A DNA stretch of 64,000 nt from an uncultured Actinomycetes bacterium (GCA_963725665.1 CAVRZA010000002.1:128001-192000), one strand, 5' to 3'. Positions 1 through 10,796 are shown, counted from the stretch's first letter. Translations and numbers: made by a program. Notes: generated from the sequence alone by a model not told the origin.

Positions 1-423
1 CGCGGCGGCCGCGTGCCGGCGACGGCCGGCCCGCCCGCGCTGGCGCGCGAGGCGGAGGCGGCCGTCGCCGAGTACGGCCGCCGCATGGACGAGATCGAGG
101 TCACGGCTGCGCTCGAGGCGCTCTGGGAGCTGGTGCGTCGGCTCAACCGCTACGTCGAGGAAGAGGCGCCCTGGAAGCTCGCCAAAGACGAGGCGCAGGC
201 GCCGCGACTCGACGAGGTGCTCCAGGGGCTCGTCGCGGGCCTGCGCCTCGTCGCCCTGTGCCTGCACCCCTTCATGCCCTCTACGGCCGTCGAGATCTTG
301 CGCCGCATCGGGCAGCCGAGCGGCGAGGACGACCTGCGCCTCGATCGCGCCGTCTGGGACCTCGCCGTCGTGGGCGTCGTCGAGCAGGCGCCTTCGCTGT
401 TCCCGCGCATCGAGGTCGAGTAG
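1..423 (+). CDS. metG: Methionyl-tRNA synthetase, C-terminal anticodon-binding part (5' truncated by window edge)
   Basis: NRYVEEEAPWKLAKD and LHPFMPST...LFPRIE motifs; position upstream of tatD-rsmA. Confidence 0.9.
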   Translation, partial: RGGRVPATAGPPALAREAEAAVAEYGRRMDEIEVTAALEALWELVRRLNRYVEEEAPWKLAKDEAQAPRLDEVLQGLVAGLRLVALCLHPFMPSTAVEILRRIGQPSGEDDLRLDRAVWDLAVVGVVEQAPSLFPRIEVE

Positions 424-439
424 CCTCCCGGGGGCTCCG

Positions 440-1215
440 ATGGGCGCGCTTGCCGCTGCTGGTCTTGTCGACTCCCACTGTCACCTGGACCTGCTCTCGG
501 TGGGGGCGGACGACGCTCTGGCTGCGGCGCGCGAGGCCGGTGTCGACACGGTCGTCGCCGTCGGTATCGATGTCGCCTCATCGTCGCGCGCCGTCGACCT
601 CGCGTTTCGCCACGGCGGCGTGTACGCCACCGTGGGTCTGCACCCGCACGACGCGTCGACCTTCGACGACCGTCTGCTCGACGAGCTCGAGCGCCTGGCG
701 TCGTCGCCCAAGGTCGTCGCGATCGGCGAGACCGGGCTCGACTACTACCGCGAGCGCTCGCCCCGCGACGCCCAACGGCGCGCCTTCCTCTGGCAGGTGG
801 AGCTGGCGCGCGAGACGGGTAAGACGCTCGTCGTGCACATGCGCGAGGCCGCGCCCGACGCCTTCGCGCTGCTCGGCGAGCATGCCGAGGGGCTGCGGGT
901 CGTCCTGCACTGCTTCTCGGCCGTCGCGTACGTGGGGGAGTGCAACGCGCGCGGCTACTACGTCTCGTTCGCCGGCAACCTCACCTACAAGAACGCCGGC
1001 GACCTGGGCGAGGCGGCGCGCTTCGTGCGCGAGGAGCTCGTGCTGTCGAGACCGACGCTCCGTTCCTCGCGCCGGTACCCATGCGGGGCAAGGACAACGT
1101 CCCCGCCTGGCTGACCTTCACCGCGGCGCGGCTGGGGGAGCTGCGCGGCTGGTCTGCCGAGAAGACGGCGTCGGTCACCTCGCGGAACGCCCGCCGCGCC
1201 TTCGGCCTGGGGTGA
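440..1215 (+). CDS. tatD: TatD family DNase, reading frame broken by an apparent 1-bp deletion at about 1045 (sequencing error or pseudogene)
   Basis: DSHCHLD, GLHPH, AIGETGLDY, VLHCFS in ORF 440-1114; ETDAPFLAPVPMRGK continues in ORF 940-1215; 'ctg tc gag acc' lacks one G. Confidence 0.9.
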
Positions 1216-1218
1216 GCG

Positions 1219-2055
1219 ATGGCCCGGGTTCGCCCTGACGACCACGACCGTCCACCCCGGCCGCGTGCGCTGCGGCGCTACGGTCAGAACCACCTCGTCG
1301 ACGCCAACATCCTGCGCGTGATCCTTGCCCTCGCGGCCGTGCGCGCCGACGACGTCGTGCTCGAGGTGGGCGCGGCCGACGGGTTGCTGACCCAGCACCT
1401 GGCCGAGCAGGCCAGGGGGGTGCACGCGTTCGAGATCGACGGGCGCTACGCGGCCGCGCTCGAAGCGCTGGCTGCCAAGCGCCCGTCGCTCCACCTGCAC
1501 CTGCGCGACGCCCTCAAGACGCGCCTCGACGAGCTGGACCCGATGCCGACCATCCTCGTCGCGAACCTGGCCTACAACATCGCCATCCCGCTCATCGTCG
1601 AGACGGTCGGTCATCTGCCGGCGCTCGATCGCTGGGCGGTGATGGCGCAGAAGGAGCTCGAGGAGCGCCTGTTTGCCGCGCCGCGGGTCAAGGCATACTC
1701 AGCCGTGTCCGTGCTCGTGCAGCTCGCCTGCGAGCGCACGGGGCTGCGACAGGTTCCGCGGACGGCCTTCTCGCCCGTGCCCCGCGTCGACTCGGTCTTC
1801 GTCACCTTCAGACGGCGGCGGGAGGGACTGCCCGACGGCTACGAGGACTTGGAGAAGCTGGTGCGCCTCGGCTTCGGCCAGCGGCGCAAGATGCTGCTGA
1901 ACTCGCTGGCCGGCGCGGCGCACGGCGGCGTCGCACTGGTGCGCGACGACGTGCGCCGCGCCCTGGTGGCGCTGGGGGTGAACGAAAGCGCCCGGCCGGA
2001 GGAGCTCACTCCCCATCAGTTCGTCGCGCTGGCGCGCGAGCTGGGCTGGACGTAG
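1219..2055 (+). CDS. rsmA: 16S rRNA m6,2A dimethyltransferase
   Basis: YGQNHLVD, VLEVGAADG, VANLAYNIA, FSPVPRVDS, FGQRRKML. Confidence 0.93.
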   Translation: MARVRPDDHDRPPRPRALRRYGQNHLVDANILRVILALAAVRADDVVLEVGAADGLLTQHLAEQARGVHAFEIDGRYAAALEALAAKRPSLHLHLRDALKTRLDELDPMPTILVANLAYNIAIPLIVETVGHLPALDRWAVMAQKELEERLFAAPRVKAYSAVSVLVQLACERTGLRQVPRTAFSPVPRVDSVFVTFRRRREGLPDGYEDLEKLVRLGFGQRRKMLLNSLAGAAHGGVALVRDDVRRALVALGVNESARPEELTPHQFVALARELGWT

Positions 2056-2065
2056 AGGAGGGACG

Positions 2066-3118
2066 ATGACAGCGGGAGCGCGAGACGCGGACCCCCGAGT
2101 CGCGTCGCCGAACGGCAAAGCGCTCGAGCTTGCGGCTCCGGCCAAGGTCAACCTCGGGCTGCTGGTCGGTCCCCTGCGCGGCGACGGGTTCCACGAGGTG
2201 TTCTCCCTCATGGTCCCTGTGAGCCTCGGCGACACGGTGAAGGTGGAACCGAGCTTGGGTGAGGGTCTCGTGGTCGAGTGCGACGTCGCTCCGGGAGAAG
2301 CCAACCTCGCCGCGCGCCTGGTGCGCGAGCTCGAGAGCCGGCTCCACAGGACCTTCGACGTGCGCGTGACCATCCGCAAGCGCGTGCCGGACGCCGCCGG
2401 GCTCGGCGGGGGCAGCTCCGACGCGGCGACCACGCTCATCGGTCTCGAGCGCCTCTTCAGGCTCGACCTGCAGCCGCACCTGCGCCATGAGGTCGCGGCG
2501 GCCGTCGGCTCCGACGTGCCCTTCTTCCTCTGGCCCGGGCCGCAGCTCGTCATGGGGAGAGGGCAGGTGCTGAAGGACGTCGTTGTGCCCGACCCACTCC
2601 ACCTCGTGATCGCGGTGCCCGACCTGGCGCTCTCGACGGCCGACGTCTACCGCTGGCGCGACGAGGCTCGTCTGCCCGACCTGCGCGAGTTCGCGCCGCG
2701 CACGGCACTCCTGACCTCGACGCTCTTCGCCGCGGCGGCGCCGCGTGATCTCATCCCATTGATCGTGAACGACCTCGAACCGGTCGTCGCGGTGCGCCAT
2801 CGCGTCGTCGCCGAGCTCAAGGAGGCCCTGCTCGGGCTGGGCGCCTTCGCCGCCGCCATGAGCGGCAGTGGACCGAGCGTGTACGGGCTTTTCGGCGACG
2901 AGGAGTCGGCGCGGGCGGCGCGGGGGTCGCTGCTGAGCGACCCCCGCGCCGCCCGCGGCTGCTTCTACGTCACCGACCTGCAGCCGAAGGAACAGGCGGC
3001 GCCGCGGCGTCGGTCGGCTCCCGGCGAGACACCCACGCGCGCGCCGCGCCCCCGGCCGGCGCGACCGCGGCAGAGCCGCGACCCGCGCCGGCGCCGGCCG
3101 CGGCGCGCCGGCCCGTGA
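2066..3118 (+). CDS. ispE: 4-diphosphocytidyl-2-C-methyl-D-erythritol kinase with Arg/Pro-rich C-terminal tail
   Basis: APAKVNLGL, AGLGGGSSDAA, GSDVPFF, MSGSGPSVYG. Confidence 0.95.
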   Translation: MTAGARDADPRVASPNGKALELAAPAKVNLGLLVGPLRGDGFHEVFSLMVPVSLGDTVKVEPSLGEGLVVECDVAPGEANLAARLVRELESRLHRTFDVRVTIRKRVPDAAGLGGGSSDAATTLIGLERLFRLDLQPHLRHEVAAAVGSDVPFFLWPGPQLVMGRGQVLKDVVVPDPLHLVIAVPDLALSTADVYRWRDEARLPDLREFAPRTALLTSTLFAAAAPRDLIPLIVNDLEPVVAVRHRVVAELKEALLGLGAFAAAMSGSGPSVYGLFGDEESARAARGSLLSDPRAARGCFYVTDLQPKEQAAPRRRSAPGETPTRAPRPRPARPRQSRDPRRRRPRRAGP

Positions 3119-3209
3119 CCGCTGCGACACGGTGCGCGAGCACCGACGCGGCGTTCGTCGCTGAGCCTGCGCTGAGACAACGGTGATACACTCGAGCGGC
3201 CGTGAGCGG

Positions 3210-3284
3210 TGGGGCGTAGCCAAGTGGTAAGGCAGCGGGTTTTGGTCCCGCCATCCGGAGGTTCGAATCCTCCCGCCCCAGCCA
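3210..3284 (+). tRNA. tRNA-Gln (anticodon TTG), CCA encoded
   Basis: Acceptor TGGGGCG/CGCCCCA, D-arm AGCCAAGTGGTAAGGC, anticodon arm GCGGG-TTTTGGT-CCCGC, T-loop GTTCGAATC. Confidence 0.97.
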
Positions 3285-3342
3285 CCGCGAGCGCACTCGC
3301 ACCGCAGCGACCCACCATCACCGACCCGAGCAGGGGGTGACG

Positions 3343-4791
3343 ATGACCGTTCCCCGAGATGAGACAACCAACGACCGGCAACCCGACCTGACGGACGAGT
3401 CGGCCGACCGGCCTCTCGCCGTGATCGTGCTTGCGGCTGGGCTCGGCACGCGCATGAAGTCCGATTTGCCCAAGCTGCTGCACCCCGTGTGCGGACGACC
3501 CATGCTTGCCTACGTACTCGGCGCCGTCGCCGACGTCGGGCCGGAGCGCACGGTGGTCGTCACGGCGCGGTCCCACGACGCGCTCGCCGCGATCCTCTCC
3601 GAGGGCGTGGAGCGGGCGATCCAGGACGAGCAGCGCGGCACCGGCGATGCCGCCGCTGCCGGCGTCGCGGCTCTCGGCGGTTTCGCCGGCGACGTCGTGG
3701 TGCTCAACGGCGACCATCCACTCACCACCGGTTCGTTCGTCGCCGGCCTCGTCGCGGCTCACCGCGCCAGCGGCGCACGCGCGACGCTCACCGCGCAGAC
3801 GTTCGATCCTGGCCACTATGGCAGGATCGTCCGCGACGAGAACGGCCGGCTCGCCGGCATCGTGGAGTACCGCGACGCGACGCCCGAGCAGCGCGCGATC
3901 GCCGAGACGAACGTCGGCGCCTATGTCTTCGCCGCCGACGCGCTTCGCGGCGCCCTCCCGCGTCTGCGCAGTGACAACGACCAGGGGGAGTACTACCTCA
4001 CCGACGTCATCGCGCTGCTGCTGGCCGACGGCGACGAGGTGGCGGTGTACCGCACCGAAGACCGCGGCGTGACCCGGGGCGTGAACTCGCGCGTGGAGCT
4101 CGCGTGGGTCGCGGCCGAGGTACGCCGCCGCCTGCTCGAGGAGCTCATGCTCTCGGGGGTCACGATCGTCGACCCCGAGAGCACCTACGTCGACTGGGGC
4201 GTCGAGGTCGGCCGCGACTCCGTGATCCAGCCCCAGACGCACCTGCTCGGGGCGACGAGGGTGGGTTCGGGCTGCGAGATCGGCCCCGGCAGCGTGTTGC
4301 GCGACGTCACCGTGGGCGACGGCGCCCGCGTGGTGCAGTCGCACGTGCTGGGGTGCGACGTGGGGCCGGGGGCGACGGTCGGACCTTTCAGCTACCTGCG
4401 CCCCGGCACCGTGCTCGACGACGGCACCAAGGCCGGGGCCTTCGTCGAGATCAAGAACAGCCACGTCGGCCGGGGCAGCAAGGTGCCTCACCTGAGCTAC
4501 ATCGGCGACACCGAGATCGGCGCCGGCACGAACATCGGCGCCGGCACGATCACGGCCAACTACGACGGCTACCGCAAGCACCGCACCACGATCGGCGACG
4601 GCGTGCGCACGGGGAGCGACACCTGCCTCGTCGCCCCGGTCACGGTCGGGGACGACGCCTACACCGGCGCCGGCTCGGTGATAACCAAGGACGTGCCGGC
4701 CGGGGCGCTCGGCATCGCCCGCGAGCGGCAGCAGAACATCGAGGGCTACGCCGAGCGGCGGCGCCGGGAGAATGAGGGGCAGGCGCCCTGA
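3343..4791 (+). CDS. glmU: Bifunctional UDP-GlcNAc pyrophosphorylase / glucosamine-1-P acetyltransferase
   Basis: LAAGLGTRMKSDLPKLLH, QGEYYLTD, KVPHLSYIGD, GAGTITANYDG. Confidence 0.97.
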   Translation: MTVPRDETTNDRQPDLTDESADRPLAVIVLAAGLGTRMKSDLPKLLHPVCGRPMLAYVLGAVADVGPERTVVVTARSHDALAAILSEGVERAIQDEQRGTGDAAAAGVAALGGFAGDVVVLNGDHPLTTGSFVAGLVAAHRASGARATLTAQTFDPGHYGRIVRDENGRLAGIVEYRDATPEQRAIAETNVGAYVFAADALRGALPRLRSDNDQGEYYLTDVIALLLADGDEVAVYRTEDRGVTRGVNSRVELAWVAAEVRRRLLEELMLSGVTIVDPESTYVDWGVEVGRDSVIQPQTHLLGATRVGSGCEIGPGSVLRDVTVGDGARVVQSHVLGCDVGPGATVGPFSYLRPGTVLDDGTKAGAFVEIKNSHVGRGSKVPHLSYIGDTEIGAGTNIGAGTITANYDGYRKHRTTIGDGVRTGSDTCLVAPVTVGDDAYTGAGSVITKDVPAGALGIARERQQNIEGYAERRRRENEGQAP

Positions 4792-4902
4792 GCTCCTTCG
4801 GGAATCCGCCGTGAGCAGCGAGAAAAGCGCCTCCCGCGCACCTCGCGGCGCGATCGTCTGGTACAATGACGAGCCGCCATCCACGCGTGGGGAGCGAAGC
4901 AG

Positions 4903-5922
4903 ATGACCGTCACCGAGAGGACAGCCGTGCCAGCGTCGTGCGTCGTCGGGCCCTACCAGAAGCGTCTCATGGTCTTCTCGGGGCGCAGCAACCCGGAGCT
5001 CAGCCGGCGCATCGCCGAGAAGCTCGACGTCGCCCTCGGCGAAGTCACGATCAAGACGTTCGCCAACGGCGAGATCTACGCTCGCTACGGGGAGAGCATC
5101 CGCGGCGCCGACGTGTTCATCATCCAGTCGCCCTCGGGCGCCGGCGTGGTCAACGATCAGCTCATGGAGCTGCTGATCATGATCCAGGCGGCCAAGCTGG
5201 CCTCGGCCAAGCGCGTCACGGCCGTCATGCCCTACTACCCCTACTCCCGACAGGACAAGAAGAGCGCCGCGCGCGAGCCGATCGCGGCGCGCCTGGTCGC
5301 GACCCTGCTCGAGGCCGCGGGGATCGACCGCGTGCTCTCGATGGACCTCCATCAGGGACAGATCCAGGGCTTCTTCGAGACCCCCGTCGATCACATGACG
5401 GCGGTGCCCATGCTGGCCGACTACTTCCGCTTCAAGGGCTTCGGCGACCGCAAGCTGGTGGCCGTCTCGGCCGACGCCGGCGGGGTCAAGCTGGCGAGGC
5501 GCTTCGCCAGCCGCGTGGGCGGCGACCTGGCGGTGCTGACCAAGATGCGCCCCGAGCACAACCTCGCCGAGAACCTGCACTTCATCGGCGACGTCGACGG
5601 CGCGATCGCCGTCGTCGTCGACGACATGATCGACACCGCGGGCTCGGTGGTGGGCGCGGTGCAGACCCTCTACGAGAACGGGGCCGCCGAGGTCTACGTG
5701 ACGGCCACGCACGCCCTCTTCTCGGGACCGGCGTTCGAGCGTATCCGCGAGTCGCCCGTCAAAGAGGTCGTCGTCACCGACACGGTGCCCGTGCGCCCCG
5801 GCCCCCAGGACACCAAGGTGAAGGTCCTCTCGGTGGCCGATATCCTTGCCAACACCATCCGCAACGTCTTCGACGACGAGTCGGTGAGCGAGCTGTTCGC
5901 CGGCGAGAACGCGCTGTTCTAG
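4903..5922 (+). CDS. prs: Ribose-phosphate pyrophosphokinase
   Basis: FANGEI, PYYPYSRQDKK, VDDMIDTAGS, ATHALFSG; TACAAT -10 candidate at 4862. Confidence 0.97.
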   Translation: MTVTERTAVPASCVVGPYQKRLMVFSGRSNPELSRRIAEKLDVALGEVTIKTFANGEIYARYGESIRGADVFIIQSPSGAGVVNDQLMELLIMIQAAKLASAKRVTAVMPYYPYSRQDKKSAAREPIAARLVATLLEAAGIDRVLSMDLHQGQIQGFFETPVDHMTAVPMLADYFRFKGFGDRKLVAVSADAGGVKLARRFASRVGGDLAVLTKMRPEHNLAENLHFIGDVDGAIAVVVDDMIDTAGSVVGAVQTLYENGAAEVYVTATHALFSGPAFERIRESPVKEVVVTDTVPVRPGPQDTKVKVLSVADILANTIRNVFDDESVSELFAGENALF

Positions 5923-5941
5923 ACCCGAGGGAGAGCTACCG

Positions 5942-6607
5942 ATGGAGCGAGTGAAGCTCGAAGTGAGACCACGCCCCGACGTGGGGACCAGGCCGTCGCG
6001 GCGGCTGCGCAAGCAGGGGCTCATCCCCGGCGTCCTGTACGGATCGGGCAAGGACGCCCAGCCGTTCGCCGTCGACGGGCGCCACCTGCGTGAGGCGCTC
6101 AGCACCGACGCCGGACTGCACGCCATCCTCGATGTGACCTTCGAGGGCAAGCGGCGCCCGCACATCGCCATCCTCAAGGACCACCAGCTCGACGCCGTGC
6201 GCCACGTCGTCACGCACGTCGACCTGCAGGAGATCCGCCTCGACGAGCCGATCGACTCGACGGTGACGATCGTCGTAGAGGGCACCTCGGTGGGTGTGAA
6301 GCAGGGCGGCCTGCTCGACATGCTGACTCACGAGGTGGCCGTGCAAGGCCTTCCCGCGGACATCCCCGAGCACGTGACGCTCGACGTGACGCCGCTGGGT
6401 ATCGGTGATCACGGCCGCGTGGCCGACCTTGTCGTGCCCGAGAACGTCACGGTCCTCGACGACCCGGAGCACGTCGTCTGTTCGATCCTCGCTCCGAGAG
6501 TGGTCGAGGAGGAGGTCGTCGAGGAGGCGGCCGCCGAGATCGCTGCCGCCGAGCCTGGTCTGGTCGGCGAGGAGGCCGGTGCGGCGCCGGAGCAGGGCGA
6601 GGAGTGA
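5942..6607 (+). CDS. rplY: 50S ribosomal protein L25 / general stress protein Ctc
   Basis: SRRLRKQGLIPGVLYG, HVDL, GVKQGG, acidic tail. Confidence 0.95.
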   Translation: MERVKLEVRPRPDVGTRPSRRLRKQGLIPGVLYGSGKDAQPFAVDGRHLREALSTDAGLHAILDVTFEGKRRPHIAILKDHQLDAVRHVVTHVDLQEIRLDEPIDSTVTIVVEGTSVGVKQGGLLDMLTHEVAVQGLPADIPEHVTLDVTPLGIGDHGRVADLVVPENVTVLDDPEHVVCSILAPRVVEEEVVEEAAAEIAAAEPGLVGEEAGAAPEQGEE

Positions 6608-6622
6608 TCCGCACCCGCCACC

Positions 6623-7234
6623 GTGTCGTTTCGCGCACAGCCTGAGCGGGTCGACTACCTGATCGTGGGGCTGGGCAATCCCGGCCCCGAATACTCCGGC
6701 AACCGGCACAACGTCGGCTACCTGGTGGTCGACGAGCTGGCGCGCCGCCATCGTTACGGCAGGGCGAAGCGAGGTTACAAGGGGCGCTACGCCGCCGGGA
6801 CGATCGCCGGGCGCCCGGTCGGGATGCTCGTGCCCACGACCTTCATGAACAACGCCGGCGCCAGCGTGGCGGCGGCCTTGCGCGGGTCCAGCCTCGAGCC
6901 CGACCGCCTGCTGGTCGTCCACGATGAGATCGACCTGCCTTTCGGCGAGCTGCGCCTCCGCTTCGACGGTGGCCACGGGGGCCACAACGGTCTGCGCAGC
7001 GTGGTGGGCCTCGTCGGCAGCGACTTCCACCGCCTGCGCGTGGGTGTCGGCCGTCCCGACAGCCGCGACCCGGAGGTGGTCGCCGAGTGGGTGCTGCACG
7101 ACTTCGCAGAGCCGCGCGACGAAGTGGAGGTCCTGGTCGGCAGGGCGGCCGACGCCGCCAGCGTCTGGATCGAGCGCGGCATCCAGGCGGCCATGAACGA
7201 GTTCAACGGGAGCGGCGGACCAGCAGCGGGCTAG
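6623..7234 (+). CDS. pth: Peptidyl-tRNA hydrolase
   Basis: LIVGLGNPGPEY, RHNVG, HDEIDL, GGHNGLRS, RLRVGVGRP. Confidence 0.96.
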   Translation: MSFRAQPERVDYLIVGLGNPGPEYSGNRHNVGYLVVDELARRHRYGRAKRGYKGRYAAGTIAGRPVGMLVPTTFMNNAGASVAAALRGSSLEPDRLLVVHDEIDLPFGELRLRFDGGHGGHNGLRSVVGLVGSDFHRLRVGVGRPDSRDPEVVAEWVLHDFAEPRDEVEVLVGRAADAASVWIERGIQAAMNEFNGSGGPAAG

Positions 7235-7424
7235 CGATTCGCGTTCCGGGGCTGGGATCAGGCCGTGCGGCCGGCGGCGATGCCGACCTGACGGCAGGCG
7301 ACAGCGCTCGCCGCCGTTCTCCCCCGGGGGTACAATCCGTCGCGACCCCGCCGCCTTTCGACGGCGGGGCTTTCGGCGTGCCGTTCGCCGGTCGTCGTGA
7401 CCGTCTGGCAGGGCGGATGCACTG

Positions 7425-10400
7425 TTGCTGCTCGAGTATCTGAAAGCAGACGAACGCTTCCGTGTGGTCGCGGCCAAGCTGCGCCGCGGGCAGTCGGTCT
7501 ACGCCCCGACATCGTTCGCGCCCTACCTCGTTGCGGGTCTGCTCACAGAGATCGAGGCTCCGGGATGGCTCCTCGTCGCGCCCGACTCCGAGGCGGCCGT
7601 GCGGCTGTCGGCCGAACTGGGCGTCTACCTGGGGCGCGAGCCGGCGACGCTGCCGGCGCGCGGCGTGCTCTACGGAGCAGACGTCGCGCCGGCAGCGCAC
7701 ATCGTCGGCGAGCGCCAGCGGGCGCTGCTTGCGCTCGAGCGGGGCGACGTCGTCGTGGCCGACGCCGTCGCCCTGCTCGAGCGCTTCGTGCCTTTCGCCC
7801 TGCAGCCGGCCCCGCTGCGTCTCGCAGCCGGCGAGGACATTCCCTTCGACGGCGTCCTCGCCGCGCTCGCCGCCCTGGGCTACGAGCGTGAGGAACAGGT
7901 GCGCGAGCGCGGCTACTTCGCCGTGCGCGGCGGTATCGTCGACGTCTACCCGTCGACCGGCGACCCCCTGCGTCTCGAGTTCTGGGGCGATCGGCTCGAG
8001 TCGCTGCGCCACTTCTCCGTCTTCTCGCAGCGCACCGTCTCCGAGGTCTCGGTGGCCGACATCTACGCCGCCACCGAGGTCGACAAGCGCGACCGGGAGT
8101 ACGGCGCAGTGGTGCACCAGGAGCTGGCCGGCTGGGAGCTCGCCGGCCGCGAAGAGGCGCCCGACGAGGCCTTCAGGCGCGCCGAGGCGCGCGCCCTGGG
8201 CGCCCTGGCCGACCGCTTCACGACGGTCGGCGAGCTCCTTTCGGCCGGCGGTCAGCGGACCTTGGTCTACGCGCCCGACGAGACCTACCGCGCGCTCGCG
8301 GGCTTCGATGCCGAGGTCGCGGAGCTGCTCGGCGGCGAAGCCCGCGAGCGCTTCTATCTGCCGCTGCTCGAGGTGCGCCACCTGCTCTCGGACGCGATAC
8401 AGCTCGACGTCGTGCAGCGCGACCAGCGCTGGCAGTTCCAGGCGTCGCGCCCGCAGACGGCGGCGCGCGACATCGGGGAGGCCGAGCGCGACCTCTCGCG
8501 TCTCGTGCGCGACGGTTACCGCACCGTGGTCGTCTTCCGTCACCCCGGCGAGGCCACACGCGCCACCTTCCGTCTCAAGACGCTCAGCGCCGAGGTGCTC
8601 GAGCCCGGCGTGCCGGCGCCTGAGGAGCCCGGCCTCTACTTCGCCGCTGCCCCTCTGCGGGAGGGCTTCGTCTCGGCGGAGCTCAAGCTCGCCGTCCTGG
8701 GCGAGCGCGCGCTGGTACGCGCCGCTCGTCCCGAGCGGCGCTTCGTCGTCGGCGCTCGCCTGCAGAGCTTCTTCGACCTGCGTCCCGGCGACTACGTGGT
8801 GCACGAGGACCACGGCATCGCCCGCTTCGCCGGCATCGAGACGCGCACGGTGGCGAGCGTCACGCGCGACTACCTCTTCCTGCACTTCAAGGGCGAGGAC
8901 AGGCTTTTCGTGCCGCACGACCAGATGTCCAAGGTGACGCGCTACATCGGCGCGAGCGGCGCCGCCCCGGCGCTCAACCACCTGGGCGGCGCCGCCTGGC
9001 AGACAGTCAAGACGCGCGCCCGCAAAGCCGTCGTCGAGATGGCCGGTGAGCTGCTGACCCTCTACGCCTCCCGGCAAGCCGTCCCCGGCTTCGCCTTCCC
9101 CTCCGATGCCGAGCTCATGCGTAGACTCGAGGAGCGCTTCCCCTTCGAGGAGACCGAGGACCAGGCCGAGACGATCGACGACGTGAAGAACGACATGGAG
9201 GCGGCGCACCCCATGGACCGCCTGGTCTGCGGCGACGTCGGGTACGGCAAGACCGAGGTCGCCGTGCGCGCCGCGTTCAAGGCCGCCGAAGCCGGCAAGC
9301 AGACGCTCATGCTGGCCCCGACGACGATCCTCGCCGAGCAGCATTACCTCACCTTCAGCGAGCGCTTCGGCGACCTGCCGGTCAGCGTCGAGATGGTCTC
9401 GCGCTTCCGCAGCGCCCCCGAACAGCGACGCATCCTGGGGGAGTTCAAGGCGGGCAAGGTCGACGTGCTCATCGGCACGCACCGCCTGCTGAGTCGCGAC
9501 GTGGCGCCCAGGGACCTCGGCCTCGTGATCGTCGACGAAGAGCAGCGCTTCGGCGTGCGTCAAAAAGAGTGGTTGCGCAATCTCAAGCTGCAGGTCGACG
9601 TCGTGAGCCTCTCCGCCACACCCATACCGCGCACGCTGCAGATGTCGCTCACCGGCATCCGCGACATCTCGGTCATCGAGACGCCGCCGCGTGGACGGCA
9701 CGAGATCCGCACCTATATCGGTGAGTACCGCGACGACCTCGTGCGCTTGGCGATCGAGAAGGAGCTGGCGCGCAGGGGCCAGGCCTTCTACTTGCACAAC
9801 CGGGTGGAGACGATCGAGGAGGCGGCCGAGCACGTACGCGAACTCGCGCCGCAGGCGAGAGTGCGCGTGGCTCACGGGCAGATGCAGGAACGCGAGCTCG
9901 AGCAGGTCATGCTCGGCTTTCTCGCCGGCGAGGCCGATGTGCTCGTCACCACCTCGATCATCGAGAGCGGCATCGACATCCCCACCGTCAACACGCTGAT
10001 CGTAGAACGCGCCGACCTCCTGGGCCTGGCGCAGCTCTACCAGATCCGCGGTCGCATCGGGCGCAGCGACGAGTACGCCTACGCCTACCTGCTCTACCCG
10101 GGCGAGGACTTCCTGACCCAGGAGGCGGCGGCGAGGCTGCGTACGCTCTCCGATCACACCGAGCTGGGCTCCGGCTTCAAGATCGCCATGCGCGACCTCG
10201 AGATCCGCGGCGCCGGCAACCTGCTCGGCGACGAGCAGTCGGGGCACGTGGCGGCCATCGGCTTCGAGATGTACGCGCAGCTCCTCGACGAGGCCGTCGC
10301 CGAGCTGCGCGACGAGCCTCCGCCGGTGCTCCCGAGCGTGCGCGTCGAGATCCCCGTCACCGCCTACGTGCCGCCCGAGTACGTGCCCTACGAGGCGACC

Positions 10401-10784
10401 AAGATCGACGTCCACAAGCGCATTTCGTCGGCGACGTCGATTGCGGCGCTGGCTGAGGTGCGCGCCGAGCTGACCGACCGCTTCGGTCCGCCGCCCGAGC
10501 CGGTCGATGCCCTGCTACGCCTGCAAGCCGTGCGCATCAAGGCGCAGGAGCTGGGCGCCGGCGCCGTCGTCATTCGTGGTGGGCGGCTGCGGGTCGAAGG
10601 TCTCGCTCTCGACGACGCGTGGGCGGCGCGCGTGCGCGCCGCCGATGAGCGCGTCGTCTACTTCAAGCAACGGGCAACCCTGAGCGCCCATGCCGCGCCG
10701 GGCGTCCCTTCATCGCCTCTGTGGGCTGAGGCGGTGCTCGATGGTATAATCACTGCTCGCGTTGGAAACCCCGACACCCCCTGA
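7425..10784 (+). CDS. mfd: Transcription-repair coupling factor
   Basis: GDYVVHEDHG, MDRLVCGDVGYGKTEVA, DEEQRFG, SATPIPRTL, AMRDLEIRGAGNLLG; TTG start. Confidence 0.97.
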   Translation: MLLEYLKADERFRVVAAKLRRGQSVYAPTSFAPYLVAGLLTEIEAPGWLLVAPDSEAAVRLSAELGVYLGREPATLPARGVLYGADVAPAAHIVGERQRALLALERGDVVVADAVALLERFVPFALQPAPLRLAAGEDIPFDGVLAALAALGYEREEQVRERGYFAVRGGIVDVYPSTGDPLRLEFWGDRLESLRHFSVFSQRTVSEVSVADIYAATEVDKRDREYGAVVHQELAGWELAGREEAPDEAFRRAEARALGALADRFTTVGELLSAGGQRTLVYAPDETYRALAGFDAEVAELLGGEARERFYLPLLEVRHLLSDAIQLDVVQRDQRWQFQASRPQTAARDIGEAERDLSRLVRDGYRTVVVFRHPGEATRATFRLKTLSAEVLEPGVPAPEEPGLYFAAAPLREGFVSAELKLAVLGERALVRAARPERRFVVGARLQSFFDLRPGDYVVHEDHGIARFAGIETRTVASVTRDYLFLHFKGEDRLFVPHDQMSKVTRYIGASGAAPALNHLGGAAWQTVKTRARKAVVEMAGELLTLYASRQAVPGFAFPSDAELMRRLEERFPFEETEDQAETIDDVKNDMEAAHPMDRLVCGDVGYGKTEVAVRAAFKAAEAGKQTLMLAPTTILAEQHYLTFSERFGDLPVSVEMVSRFRSAPEQRRILGEFKAGKVDVLIGTHRLLSRDVAPRDLGLVIVDEEQRFGVRQKEWLRNLKLQVDVVSLSATPIPRTLQMSLTGIRDISVIETPPRGRHEIRTYIGEYRDDLVRLAIEKELARRGQAFYLHNRVETIEEAAEHVRELAPQARVRVAHGQMQERELEQVMLGFLAGEADVLVTTSIIESGIDIPTVNTLIVERADLLGLAQLYQIRGRIGRSDEYAYAYLLYPGEDFLTQEAAARLRTLSDHTELGSGFKIAMRDLEIRGAGNLLGDEQSGHVAAIGFEMYAQLLDEAVAELRDEPPPVLPSVRVEIPVTAYVPPEYVPYEATKIDVHKRISSATSIAALAEVRAELTDRFGPPPEPVDALLRLQAVRIKAQELGAGAVVIRGGRLRVEGLALDDAWAARVRAADERVVYFKQRATLSAHAAPGVPSSPLWAEAVLDGIITARVGNPDTP

Positions 10785-10796
10785 GAGAGGACCCCG

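Noticed and set aside
1040-1050. Programmed frameshift in tatD
   Set aside because: No slippery run or stimulator; a GG-to-G loss explains it.
2965-10415. Very long minus-strand ORFs (2965-6321, 5936-7477, 7203-10415) and similar shadow ORFs elsewhere
   Set aside because: Antisense shadows of well-supported genes; high GC3 depletes stop codons on the opposite strand; no recognisable motifs.
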